A stretch of DNA of 28,490 nucleotides from a virus. Taxonomy: Duplodnaviria; Caudoviricetes. The translations under genes were made by a program, and so were the position numbers. The stretch is taken from positions 1-28,490 of the IMG/VR virus record IMGVR_UViG_3300023055_000178. The stretch is one strand, 5' to 3'. Positions within the stretch are counted from its first letter, which is position 1. Every line of letters begins with the position of its first letter. Below the pieces are notes generated by a model. It saw only the letters and a program-made list of their open reading frames with translations, searched no databases and had not been told where the DNA came from. Below are positions 16,816-25,517 of the stretch, in pieces.

Positions 16816-17115
16816 TTAGGTCTTGTTGAGCTGGCTCAGCGTTCCGCCAGGCCCAAGCAACTCACCGAAGGATTGCCCGTAGCTCGCCTTCATCCGTGCG
16901 ACGTCCAGATCAATGAGCTCGAAAATTTCTTGGCCGACATGGTCGCCACACCGCAGCACAGCCATGATGCGCCCCATGATCTCTGCATTCAGATTCGCCC
17001 TGGCGCGCAGCTCGCTTGGAGCAGTCCCAGCACTGATGCCGGCAAACACTACGGAATAGGTCGCCTCTCCGATGGCATGTACCAACTTTTCCATGTCCGC
17101 ATCAGAAATATTCAT
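16816..17115 (-). CDS. hypothetical protein (99 aa) inserted between tape measure and Dit
   Basis: ATGA overlap with the tape measure stop; helical sequence, no family recognised. Confidence 0.6.
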   Translation of the reverse strand: MNISDADMEKLVHAIGEATYSVVFAGISAGTAPSELRARANLNAEIMGRIMAVLRCGDHVGQEIFELIDLDVARMKASYGQSFGELLGPGGTLSQLNKT

Positions 17116-20033
17116 CTGTTTCTCCTTATCAGTTGCATTGCTGGTCCGTTACGCTTCAGGTCTCCCAGCATCATCTCATACGCCCTGTTAGACGCACGCG
17201 TGATCGAATCCTCCATCCGTGAAAGCTGATCTTGATCCGGGTTTCCGTTGACCGTGAGGTTGTTCACGATCGGAGGTAACGATACTGATCCGGCCGAAGA
17301 GCTATTGGTCTGTGTGAGTGAAGATCCTGCGACGGTCGACCCTACGTAACCGCCGTCAGCGTAGCCCTTCTTGTTCGCATTCATGCGCTCGAGGAATTCC
17401 CGAGCGCCTGGCTGGCTGACCACATCCTTGCGAACCACGAACTCACCGCCGTGCACAACACCCTTCGGCTCGAATTTGCCTCCATCCCCCGTGTATCCGC
17501 CACCGGAGAACCCGTATTTCGCGGAATAGCCAGCAGCAGACGCGCCGAGCTTGGATGATGCAGCCCCAGCGCTCCCAGCTGCAAAACCTCCACCCCCGCC
17601 GAAAGCGCTCATGCCAGCGCTGATCGCCATGTTGAGGAATCCGGCAGCCGCTTGGCGAACCTGAATGCGGATGAGGTCGGCCACGATCTGATCGGCAAAA
17701 TCCTTGAACGACAGCTTGCCGGTCTTCACGAAGTTGACCACCGCGTCTTCCATGTTGCCGAAGGCATTGGAGAACAGGTTGCGAGTCTGACCCGCCACGT
17801 TGGCAGCCTGCTCCTGATAAGTGGCGAGGGCCGAAGAGGCGCCAACTGTCCAATCCGACTGCAGCCGGTCAACCTCTGTGTAGTAGGCGCTTTGCATCGT
17901 CAGCCTCTTGTCCAGAGCCTGCCGAAGCGACTCGTTCTCCTGCTCATAAAGCTGCGGACTGATACGGCCTTCGTTGCGCTGTTGCAGCAGGTTGTCCATC
18001 TGCTGCTGGTACTGCTGCTGGATGGCCAGTTGCTCCTGCAGGCGCTGACGCTGCTGGTCACCTAGGCTCATCCCCGCAACACTATTGTCCAGGCCCGTCT
18101 GGGCATTGGCCAACTGACTATTGAGGTTCTGCTGGAACGCCAGAAGCTTGCGGCTCTCTTCGACCGATATTTTCTTGAGCTGGTTTTCCTTCTCAAGCGC
18201 GGCGTTCTTTTTCAGCTGGGCGGTGATCAGTTCCTGGTTCGCGACCAGAGCCTTCTGGTCGGCCGTAAGGATCTGCTTGCCCTTGATGTCGGCGAGCTCC
18301 TGCTCCCACTTCACCAGAGCCTGCCCGGCGGCGCTAAGCTTGTCGACCTCGCCCTTTTGTACGCCGATCAAAGAGTTCTGCTGTTGCAGCACGGCATATT
18401 GCTGGCGGGCTTGGTCGAGAGCCTTCATTCCGGCGTCTTCGTGGTATGCCTTGGGGTTCTTCTCTGCTGCTTCCTTGTAGATAGAGTTCTCACGGATCGC
18501 TTTGAGCGCTGCCTTCTCCTGCTCGGCGGTGATCGTATAGCCAGCCGCGCGCGCAGCATTGATGCGCTTTTCCTCGACCTCCAGCGCCTTGTTCATCTTT
18601 TGGCGCTTGGTGAAATTATCCTCGATGCTTTTTTGGAAGCCTTCGTAGGCAGCCTGGCCGTCACGCTGGATCTGTGCGTTCTTCGCCTCAGCATCAGCAG
18701 AATCCTGCTGCGCTTTGCTCTTTTTTTCATACGCGGAAATCTCGGACTCGATAGCCTTGATGCGCTCGCGCGTGTCATTGTCTTCAAATCCGGTATCCAG
18801 CAGGCTTTTCCTGTACGCGAGTTCCTGCCGCAGCTTGGTCAGATCAGGGCCGGCGCTCGACTCTCGACCGATACCCAAAATTGCATCCCATCCGCTTTTG
18901 GCCGCGCCTGCCAGATCGTTCCATGCCCTTTCAAGGCTTCCGAGATTTTCCTTGATCGTCGCGGCGCGCTGGCCCAGCGCTTTGGCGAGCGCCTCTTGGG
19001 CTAAAGCCGCCGCTGCCTCTTTCTCTCCCATCTCCTGCGCGGCGCGAATTTGCTCGTAGACCGCAGCTGTGAGGAAGTTGTACTTATTATTGAGCTCGGC
19101 AACCGCTTTCACAGGATCATCAGCAAGCCGAACAAATTCTGCGATCGTCTCGGAAACCGCTTTGCCCGTGGCTTTTTCGTATGCAATTGCGGACGTTGCG
19201 ATCTGCTCAAAGCTTGAACTTGCGATCTTCCCGGTACCGGCAAGTTGCGCCAGTGCTGCGGAAGCGTCTGCCGTGGTGCCTACTGTTCCGCTGACGCGCT
19301 TTGCCATCTCGGCCAGCGCGAGAGTGGTAGTGCCAGCGGCATTGCCCGTGGTAACGATGGAGAGTCGAAAGGCATCCTGCTCTTTCGAGCCTTGGTAATA
19401 CGCCACTCCAAGAACGCCAACCGCTGCAGCAGCCACAGTGAACGGATTCACCAGGCCAAGGATATAGCCGCCCAGCGCTTTCGCGGCAGGCCCGACACCG
19501 CCGAACATATCTTTGAGCTGGCCGCCCTGCTGCAGTGCGACCATGGTAATGGGCTGGCCTGCTGCGATCGATGTGAAGATATCCGTGAACTGAGCAGGAA
19601 CGCCCCTTAGCGCAGCAGCAGTTGCCTTTGCCGTCATGCCGGTCTTGCCAAGGTCCGCGTTGAAGCGCCCTAGATCTGCTCGCGAGGTATTGATCTTCGT
19701 TTGATACTCGGAAAAGGTATCCGCGTCGATCAAGCCAAGCTTCCGGTTTGTAGCCAGTTCCTTCTCTTGCTTGTCCAGTTCGCCCAGCTTTCGGGTGACA
19801 GGGTCAATGCTGCCCAGCAGCTCTTCCAGCTGCTCTTTTTGCGTTTTGACCTTCTTGCCCGTGGTTTCCGATGACTGCCCGACGCTGTCGATTCCGCCTG
19901 CCAGCTTGTCCATCACTGGCTTAGCACGGAGACCTGCCCCCTCCAGAGCCTCAAGTGCCTTTCGCGTGTCGGCAGCCTTTTGCTCGGCGTCCCGGCTGTC
20001 GATCTCCAGAACCAAGCGGGATGTCTGAGCCAT
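17112..20033 (-). CDS. tail tape measure protein (lambda H-like)
   Basis: 973 aa, Ala/Gln-rich; PAQFTDI...QQGGQLKDMFGG N-terminal motif and GGYTGDGGKFEPKGVVHGGEFV C-terminal motif. Confidence 0.95.
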   Translation of the reverse strand: MAQTSRLVLEIDSRDAEQKAADTRKALEALEGAGLRAKPVMDKLAGGIDSVGQSSETTGKKVKTQKEQLEELLGSIDPVTRKLGELDKQEKELATNRKLGLIDADTFSEYQTKINTSRADLGRFNADLGKTGMTAKATAAALRGVPAQFTDIFTSIAAGQPITMVALQQGGQLKDMFGGVGPAAKALGGYILGLVNPFTVAAAAVGVLGVAYYQGSKEQDAFRLSIVTTGNAAGTTTLALAEMAKRVSGTVGTTADASAALAQLAGTGKIASSSFEQIATSAIAYEKATGKAVSETIAEFVRLADDPVKAVAELNNKYNFLTAAVYEQIRAAQEMGEKEAAAALAQEALAKALGQRAATIKENLGSLERAWNDLAGAAKSGWDAILGIGRESSAGPDLTKLRQELAYRKSLLDTGFEDNDTRERIKAIESEISAYEKKSKAQQDSADAEAKNAQIQRDGQAAYEGFQKSIEDNFTKRQKMNKALEVEEKRINAARAAGYTITAEQEKAALKAIRENSIYKEAAEKNPKAYHEDAGMKALDQARQQYAVLQQQNSLIGVQKGEVDKLSAAGQALVKWEQELADIKGKQILTADQKALVANQELITAQLKKNAALEKENQLKKISVEESRKLLAFQQNLNSQLANAQTGLDNSVAGMSLGDQQRQRLQEQLAIQQQYQQQMDNLLQQRNEGRISPQLYEQENESLRQALDKRLTMQSAYYTEVDRLQSDWTVGASSALATYQEQAANVAGQTRNLFSNAFGNMEDAVVNFVKTGKLSFKDFADQIVADLIRIQVRQAAAGFLNMAISAGMSAFGGGGGFAAGSAGAASSKLGASAAGYSAKYGFSGGGYTGDGGKFEPKGVVHGGEFVVRKDVVSQPGAREFLERMNANKKGYADGGYVGSTVAGSSLTQTNSSSAGSVSLPPIVNNLTVNGNPDQDQLSRMEDSITRASNRAYEMMLGDLKRNGPAMQLIRRNR

Positions 20034-20048
20034 TGTTTTCTCCAGGCG

Positions 20049-20074
20049 AAAAAAAGCCGCCCAAGAAAGGCGGC
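20049..20074 (-). terminator. terminator after the secreted-protein moron
   Basis: Minus strand GCCGCC-N7-GGCGGC-T7. Confidence 0.7.
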
Positions 20075-20102
20075 CTGCACTGCGGTTCGAAGACTAGGCG
20101 AA

Positions 20103-20453
20103 CTATTTGCTCGCCTCTAAATACTGGTTCACATAATCCATGGACTCACCAATCTTCTGATTCATCGCGGTTAGGCTATCCATTTGTTGCGGCGTTACAT
20201 GGTGAAAAAGATCCTTTGGATCAACCGATGCAGTGAATTTTTTAGCCTTGGAGCGGAAGTTTTCGTAGGCCTTCATCGCCTTTTTACACGGGCCTATGTC
20301 ATCCTTTTTTACTGCCGCCTCGCACTCTTTTTGCAGGTCTAACGTCACCCTTGCAGAAGCAAACGCCTCGTCGTAGGCATTTTTTACTGGATCCGCCGCC
20401 ATCGCAGCAGTGCAAAAAAACAAAGCCGCTGCGACTGTGTAAATTCTATTCAT
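20103..20453 (-). CDS. exported hypothetical protein (116 aa), moron
   Basis: Sec signal MNRIYTVAAALFFCTAAMA/AD, GGAGG RBS, Lys-rich AT-richer sequence and two Cys in the mature part. Confidence 0.75.
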   Translation of the reverse strand: MNRIYTVAAALFFCTAAMAADPVKNAYDEAFASARVTLDLQKECEAAVKKDDIGPCKKAMKAYENFRSKAKKFTASVDPKDLFHHVTPQQMDSLTAMNQKIGESMDYVNQYLEASK

Positions 20454-20477
20454 GAGCCCTCCCCCTAGGTTGGCAGC

Positions 20478-20506
20478 AATCTACCACCATCCGAGGGAAG
20501 CACCAA
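20478..20506 (-). promoter_or_regulatory. putative sigma70 promoter (extended -10) for the exported moron gene
   Basis: Minus strand TTGGTG-N17-TAGATT with TGn extension. Confidence 0.5.
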
Positions 20507-20511
20507 AACTG

Positions 20512-20865
20512 CTACTTTAGAATGTGGGCAACCACCGCACCGACGCCGGCTTTGATGGTGTCGATGGTCAGCCCGATACCTTTTTCCTTGAGCAGATCCT
20601 TTGTTTTATCCCAGATAGACATCGATCGAATGCTGTCTAGGAGTTCTCGCCCCTTCCAGGTCAAACCCAGAGCAAAAAATTGTGGTGGGCCGCTCAGAAA
20701 TCCTGGGTCGTGACCTTCGATCAATCCACCCTCTTCCATCATTTTCATGTGAAGGGCCACCCAGTCAGCAGGGAAAGGCGGCATTTCCTCGGCCTTTCGA
20801 TGCTCGCCTTTCGCATTTTCGAGGTCCAAGAGGATCATTCTGATCAAGTCCCAATTACGCTGCAT
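20512..20865 (-). CDS. DUF2513-like winged-helix protein (117 aa), moron
   Basis: MQRNWDLIRMILLDLE, LTWKGRELLDSIR and IWDKTK; AGGAGAGG RBS before ATG 20865. Confidence 0.8.
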   Translation of the reverse strand: MQRNWDLIRMILLDLENAKGEHRKAEEMPPFPADWVALHMKMMEEGGLIEGHDPGFLSGPPQFFALGLTWKGRELLDSIRSMSIWDKTKDLLKEKGIGLTIDTIKAGVGAVVAHILK

Positions 20866-20896
20866 GTATTCCTCTCCTTGGCTATGAATTTTCATT

Positions 20897-21220
20897 CTAC
20901 CCATCGTCGCCGGCCAAGCACACAGCGTCCAGCGCAAACATCACATCGTCCACCTCGTCGCGCGGCAACGGCGACGGATGCGACTCCAGCCAATCGGAAA
21001 TCTCCCGTGCCGAGAGCGGCAGCGGGAAAGCCCCGGCCATGCCGGCAATGTACCGGCGGCCGCGAGACACGTTCCGATACAGGTTGAGCAGGTAAGCGGT
21101 AATCGGGTCATTGTCTGGCTCGCCGGGGATCGCTATCTTCAGGCGAGAGTAGACCGCTCGGCGCTTTTCGCTTTCCCCACCCCAATCTTGCTCCCACTCG
21201 AATCGGGCTACTGCTTTCCC
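20897..21220 (-). CDS. tail assembly chaperone gpT portion, expressed as a G-T fusion by -1 frameshift
   Basis: Open -1 frame from GGGAAAG: GKAVARFEWEQDWGG...SRGRRYIAGMAGAFPLPLSAREISDW...MFALDAVCLAGDDG*. Missing from the ORF track. Confidence 0.85.
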   Translation of the reverse strand, partial: GKAVARFEWEQDWGGESEKRRAVYSRLKIAIPGEPDNDPITAYLLNLYRNVSRGRRYIAGMAGAFPLPLSAREISDWLESHPSPLPRDEVDDVMFALDAVCLAGDDG

Positions 21221-21624
21221 ACCGACTCAGCTCGCTCTTCGGCGGCGTCATTGGCGGCCAGGGCGCCTTCGCGCAGTACGAAAATGAAGAACTCGATGTT
21301 GTTCTCGAGAAGCTCAGCGGCCACTGGCGGGCTGTACTTGATCGGATTGCCGTCGGCATCCAGCACGCCTTCCCAGTCCTTCACAATGAAGTGGCTGAGC
21401 AGCATCGCGTGGTTCTGGTGCTCGGTCATTTCGCCGGCGACCACGCCGACCTGTCCTTCTTCAAAGCGCGCGTCGTTGCGCTGGATCCGGCGGCGCATGC
21501 GCTCAAGGGCGACTTGGTAATCAGGGTTGTCGATGCTGGCCAGCAGGATCTTGGTTTCGTCGTCGAACTTTGCCCAGCGCTCGCCGGCAGTGGCCGGCTT
21601 CTTCTTGCCCAGTTGCAGAGCCAT
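21208..21624 (-). CDS. tail assembly chaperone gpG-like
   Basis: Between tail tube and tape measure; IVKDWEGV motif; ends ...VGKQ* over the slippery site. Confidence 0.85.
   Translation of the reverse strand: MALQLGKKKPATAGERWAKFDDETKILLASIDNPDYQVALERMRRRIQRNDARFEEGQVGVVAGEMTEHQNHAMLLSHFIVKDWEGVLDADGNPIKYSPPVAAELLENNIEFFIFVLREGALAANDAAEERAESVGKQ
21214..21220 (-). other. -1 ribosomal frameshift slippery heptamer G GGA AAG
   Basis: Same heptamer as the lambda G-T site, in the correct phase, one codon before the gpG stop. Confidence 0.85.
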
Positions 21625-21694
21625 TTCAATTCCTCAACGCCACGCCAATAAGGGGCCGACCCGGCCGGCGTTATAGCCGGGGTAGCCAAAGGTG

Positions 21695-22615
21695 TTACGG
21701 GGTGGGGTCAGCAGCTTCGCGGGTGATGGTCGGACTCTGCTTGGACACGGTGTAGTTCAGCGTCACCTCGATCAGGTCGCGCTTACCACCGTTCGGCAGC
21801 TCACCGTCCACTTCCACTGCAGGGAAGTTGAAGGTGTACTTGTTGCCCAGCGAGTCGGTGATCGGGAACACAACGGCGATCGGCGTCCGAGTGAAGGTGT
21901 TTTTCCAGATCTCCCAGGCGCGCTTCGACCAGGCCAGCGTGATACTGCCGGTGACTGCCGCCTCGGTGGCGATGTGCGCGCCCGGCCCCAGACGATCCGA
22001 GCCAAGGCAGCGCTGAGTTTGCAGGCTGTTGTCCAGGCTCACGGTCATGGCCGAGACGCAGGCCACGCCTTCCAGCGACTGGCCGTTCACCAAGATCGTG
22101 CCAACGTTGTTGTTCGACAGGAAAGGGGTAGTGGTCGGCGCATTCGGCGAGATCACAATCGGAGTGTCACCGTCGGTGTAGTCTAGGCACGCCATGTTGA
22201 AGGTGGCGGTCACCTTCCCTTCCGACGGGATGTCCAGCGCGAAGGTCGAGACGTGCGCGCCCTTGAACACGCCATAGACGCCGACGTCGTTGTAGCCCTT
22301 GGCGATGCTGAAGGTGTGGCGGGTATCGCCTACGCGCAGCACGTCAGCCGTCCACGCGCCGTAGAAGGCAGCCTCCAACAACTGGTCGAACGAGCCGAAC
22401 GAGAACTCAGCCGTCAGATCGCCGCCGATATCGATGCTGGTGGCCACTGAGCCTTGGCTCAGACGGGTGTCGGTGATTTCGTCGCTGACTTCGGTGTTGA
22501 CGGTCGGGGTCAGCGCATTGCCAGTGAGGCGCAGGGTATCCCACGTGCCGGTGGGGGTAACGCCAGGCGTCACCTCTTTGATGATGTGTGAAACTACTTT
22601 CGCGCCAGAGGACAT
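21695..22615 (-). CDS. major tail tube protein
   Basis: 306 aa, Thr-rich beta protein; EVTPGVTP and SDEITDTR motifs; synteny. Confidence 0.88.
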   Translation of the reverse strand: MSSGAKVVSHIIKEVTPGVTPTGTWDTLRLTGNALTPTVNTEVSDEITDTRLSQGSVATSIDIGGDLTAEFSFGSFDQLLEAAFYGAWTADVLRVGDTRHTFSIAKGYNDVGVYGVFKGAHVSTFALDIPSEGKVTATFNMACLDYTDGDTPIVISPNAPTTTPFLSNNNVGTILVNGQSLEGVACVSAMTVSLDNSLQTQRCLGSDRLGPGAHIATEAAVTGSITLAWSKRAWEIWKNTFTRTPIAVVFPITDSLGNKYTFNFPAVEVDGELPNGGKRDLIEVTLNYTVSKQSPTITREAADPTP

Positions 22616-22638
22616 TGGAGTCTCCTATCTGCGGGCAT

Positions 22639-22660
22639 AAAAAAACCCGCTTAAAGCGGG
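22639..22660 (-). terminator. terminator-like hairpin upstream of the tail tube gene
   Basis: Minus strand CCCGCT-tta-AGCGGG-T7. Confidence 0.65.
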
Positions 22661-22747
22661 CGGGCGTATTTCCAAACGGCTATCAAAAAAATAATAGTGA
22701 GGCCATGATCGCTGCCACGCGCTCGGAACTCATCAAAAGGGAATTGT

Positions 22748-23353
22748 ATGGAAGTTATTGAGGTCTTTACGGATTTGATGGCTGCTCTGCCATCACCCGA
22801 AGTGACTGCCGCAATCGCAGCATCTGCATCCGCTACCTTTGCCGCGATTACGATCATTTCGACGGCTCGTGCGAAGTCAAATGAGCGGTTGCTCGCGCAT
22901 GCCGTACAGACCTTGGAACGCTCTTACACATCTCTAGCTGGAAATTCGGAGCGCGAAAAAATCCCCCCCGCGGACCGGCTTGCATGGCTGACGTCCGCGC
23001 GTCTTATCGAGGACTACAAGCGTACGAAGCGGAGGATCTCGAGCAATCTCATCCGCCAAGAATGCGAAAGCCATGAGGAGCATTGGCGGCATCAGTTTTA
23101 CCTAAAGCTGAAAAACCTAGCCGGCGGGGTGGTTGAATACTACAAAGGCGAACGCATTGACTGCATAGATCCCGTTTCCGCTGTGATCGTGCACGCATTC
23201 GCCGACTGGCCAGAAAATAAGAAAGATCCATTGCGCAAGTACCGCGATACAACGCATGCCGTAGCAAAACTCAAACCTATGCAGCGGTGGTTCACACTTC
23301 ATCAGTACTGCGGAACCCTGACTAACCCGCGCGAAAGCGAACGTTCACGTTGA
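22748..23353 (+). CDS. hypothetical protein (201 aa) with N-terminal hydrophobic helix, opposite-strand moron
   Basis: Fills the gap between tail genes; AAGGGA RBS; AT-richer; overlaps the convergent gene by 32 nt. Confidence 0.75.
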   Translation: MEVIEVFTDLMAALPSPEVTAAIAASASATFAAITIISTARAKSNERLLAHAVQTLERSYTSLAGNSEREKIPPADRLAWLTSARLIEDYKRTKRRISSNLIRQECESHEEHWRHQFYLKLKNLAGGVVEYYKGERIDCIDPVSAVIVHAFADWPENKKDPLRKYRDTTHAVAKLKPMQRWFTLHQYCGTLTNPRESERSR

Positions 23354-23717
23354 TCTGGTAGTAACCCTCGAACTCGCCTACCACCACTTGCGTTGCCTCA
23401 ATGAATTCGAGCTGCCCGGACTGCCAGTAGGCGAAATGCCCCTCAAGGGAATCAGCCAGCTGGCTGATCGCCTTCATGCCGGAGCGTACACGGGCAAAGC
23501 ACTGGATGCTGATCTGGCCGGGCTTGCGGGTGTAAGGTCGGTCAGCCATGCCGGCCATGAAGGCAGTGGCGTACTGGATATTTAGCCTTGCCCACAACCC
23601 TTGGTCAGGAGGCGTGAACACCGCAGGCTGGTTCGGGTAATCGATGCGTGCCTGGTCTAGCCCAGCGAATGCAACCATACGGGCGGTGATGAGCGTCCTG
23701 ATCTCTTCGAAAGTCAT
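23322..23717 (-). CDS. tail terminator-like protein (DUF4128-type)
   Basis: IDYPN..FTPP...WARL, GQISIQCF and YYQINV motifs; synteny. Confidence 0.75.
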   Translation of the reverse strand: MTFEEIRTLITARMVAFAGLDQARIDYPNQPAVFTPPDQGLWARLNIQYATAFMAGMADRPYTRKPGQISIQCFARVRSGMKAISQLADSLEGHFAYWQSGQLEFIEATQVVVGEFEGYYQINVNVRFRAG

Positions 23718-24094
23718 CTGTAGGCCTCGGATACGCCGATGAAGGCCAGTCCGTATATGCCGGCAGGCGCCTGCTCGGAGTAGCCATCCTCCAAGCGCTC
23801 TGCGTATGGAAGGTTGTTCTGGATGTAGACGACAGTGAATGGCTCGAGGCCCGACAGCTGTGCTGCGCCGGCGGCGATTGTGTCCGAACCAGTCTGGTCA
23901 GTGGCATTGCTTGACGAGTACACAGGCGCCCCAATGCTGACCACGTTGTTTCCCCGGAACCGTCCGCTATCCACTGGTGACCGGAGTACAATTTCATTCA
24001 GGAGCGCCATCGCGATGACGCGGACACGCTGTGAAATCTCCGCCTCAATCTGATCAGCAAATGCTGTGGGGGGTATGGACCAGCCTCTGGCCAT
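23714..24094 (-). CDS. HK97 gp10-like neck/tail completion protein
   Basis: SPVDSGRFRGN and NNLPYAERLEDGYSEQAPAG motifs. Confidence 0.85.
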   Translation of the reverse strand: MARGWSIPPTAFADQIEAEISQRVRVIAMALLNEIVLRSPVDSGRFRGNNVVSIGAPVYSSSNATDQTGSDTIAAGAAQLSGLEPFTVVYIQNNLPYAERLEDGYSEQAPAGIYGLAFIGVSEAYR

Positions 24095-24453
24095 CAGGTC
24101 TTCCTCAGCTGGATCTCGTAGTGCGCGCCGGCCGGGTCAGTCTGGACATTGACCACGTCGAAGCCGTTGATCCTGTGGCCGATGTCGGGCGCTCCGCCAA
24201 TCGTCTCATTGGTGAGGGCGATAAGCAGTTGGTCGGTGGCGCGGATGTTTACGCCGTCGACCTGGGCGATCTTGAAGGCGTCGAACACGCCGCGACCGGT
24301 GTAGGCGATGATCACCGGAGCCAGCACCTCCTCACTCACAGGGTCATAGCCGCCCGGGAGCGTGACACCGCCGCTGAACGGCCGCACGGCATCCGCCAGG
24401 TCGGTATCAAAGGCTTCCGCCATATCAGCCTGTATCTCCTCGCGCAGACCCAT
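24094..24453 (-). CDS. head closure / head-tail joining protein
   Basis: Synteny; C-terminal DPAGAHYEIQLRK; start reassigned to ATG 24453. Confidence 0.65.
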   Translation of the reverse strand: MGLREEIQADMAEAFDTDLADAVRPFSGGVTLPGGYDPVSEEVLAPVIIAYTGRGVFDAFKIAQVDGVNIRATDQLLIALTNETIGGAPDIGHRINGFDVVNVQTDPAGAHYEIQLRKT

Positions 24454-24455
24454 GG

Positions 24456-24848
24456 CTACCCCCGGTTGACTAAGAATGAAAATGGGTTGCAGCGCCAAGG
24501 TGTCAGCAAGGCCAATGCGAACTGCTCACCCTCAGGTCTCGAACCTCTACTGGATTTGTCGTACGCGGCGTAGCTCTTGCTGGTGGACACTGAGCCAGCC
24601 TTTACGGTTTTAGCTGCCAAGGCCCCTTCAGTCTGTTGCTCGAACAACTTGCCATCGCCAGCGACCTGCGCCAGCAAAGCGCCTGCTTGCTTCACCTCGT
24701 CAGGCACGGCTGACATGCTGATTCCGCACAAGCTAAGCGAGGTGAGGTAGGCGTTGGCCTGCGCAACCGCCAAGGCCTTCTTATCGTCTGGAGCCCAGGC
24801 GGGGCTCAAGATGGCATTGACGTCATCGACAGTGATGTAGATAGCCAT
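24456..24848 (-). CDS. head-tail connector / adaptor protein
   Basis: YITVDDV, VPDEVKQA..LLA and KTVKAGSV motifs; synteny after the capsid genes. Confidence 0.7.
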   Translation of the reverse strand: MAIYITVDDVNAILSPAWAPDDKKALAVAQANAYLTSLSLCGISMSAVPDEVKQAGALLAQVAGDGKLFEQQTEGALAAKTVKAGSVSTSKSYAAYDKSSRGSRPEGEQFALALLTPWRCNPFSFLVNRG

Positions 24849-24869
24849 CAGGCCTCCGCTGAAATGAGT

Positions 24870-24883
24870 GGGGCCGAAGCCCC
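24870..24883 (-). terminator. UUCG hairpin after the capsid gene block (attenuator or stabiliser)
   Basis: Minus strand GGGGC-TTCG-GCCCC with a weak U tract. Confidence 0.45.
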
Positions 24884-24887
24884 GGTT

Positions 24888-25475
24888 TTACTGCTGGTTG
24901 AGCTCGGCGACCTGTTTCTGCAGCGACTCTTTCGAGGCGTTGGCGCGGTAGGTGACGCCGGCCTTGTCCAGCGCAGCCTTCAGCGCCTCGACCTCGGGAT
25001 CGGCAGCCGCAGTCTTTAGGGATTCGATCTGCTTGAGCAGGTCGGCCTTTTCCTGCTCCAGGTCGAGCACCTTCTGGACTTCGCCGTCGCGCTCGCGCTG
25101 CAGGCTGGCAACTCCAGCATTCACCGCTTCGAGTACCTGGAACAGGCGGCTTGCGGTTTCGCCAAGCTCGCCTTGCGGACGCTCCAGGGCCTGCTCAGCG
25201 AACGACTCGACGATCACGCCGATGGACGTCAACTCAGCAGTCAGGCGGTCGATATCGTCCTGGCTCAATCCGCCAGCCTCGATAATCACGGCCACGGCCT
25301 TCAGCTCAGGGCGGATGGTCACCTCGGGCACGTCCTTGGCCTCACCCTTGCGGCTGGTAGCGGCGTTGGCGTCGACGATGACCAGGCCATGTTCTTTGGC
25401 CAGGGCCTTCACATCCTCCTGGTACTGGTGGAACGGTCCCGCCAGGTACCAGATGTTGTTCTTGCTCATGCTCAC
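24888..25475 (-). CDS. capsid-adjacent hypothetical protein with coiled coil and C-terminal HeH/LEM-like motif
   Basis: C-terminal EALKAALDKAGVTYRANASKESL; start 25475 or 25469. Confidence 0.65.
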   Translation of the reverse strand: MSMSKNNIWYLAGPFHQYQEDVKALAKEHGLVIVDANAATSRKGEAKDVPEVTIRPELKAVAVIIEAGGLSQDDIDRLTAELTSIGVIVESFAEQALERPQGELGETASRLFQVLEAVNAGVASLQRERDGEVQKVLDLEQEKADLLKQIESLKTAAADPEVEALKAALDKAGVTYRANASKESLQKQVAELNQQ

Positions 25476-25517
25476 GTCCTCAGCGGGCCAAGCCGTCGGC
25501 CCAGCCCGCCATCAGGG

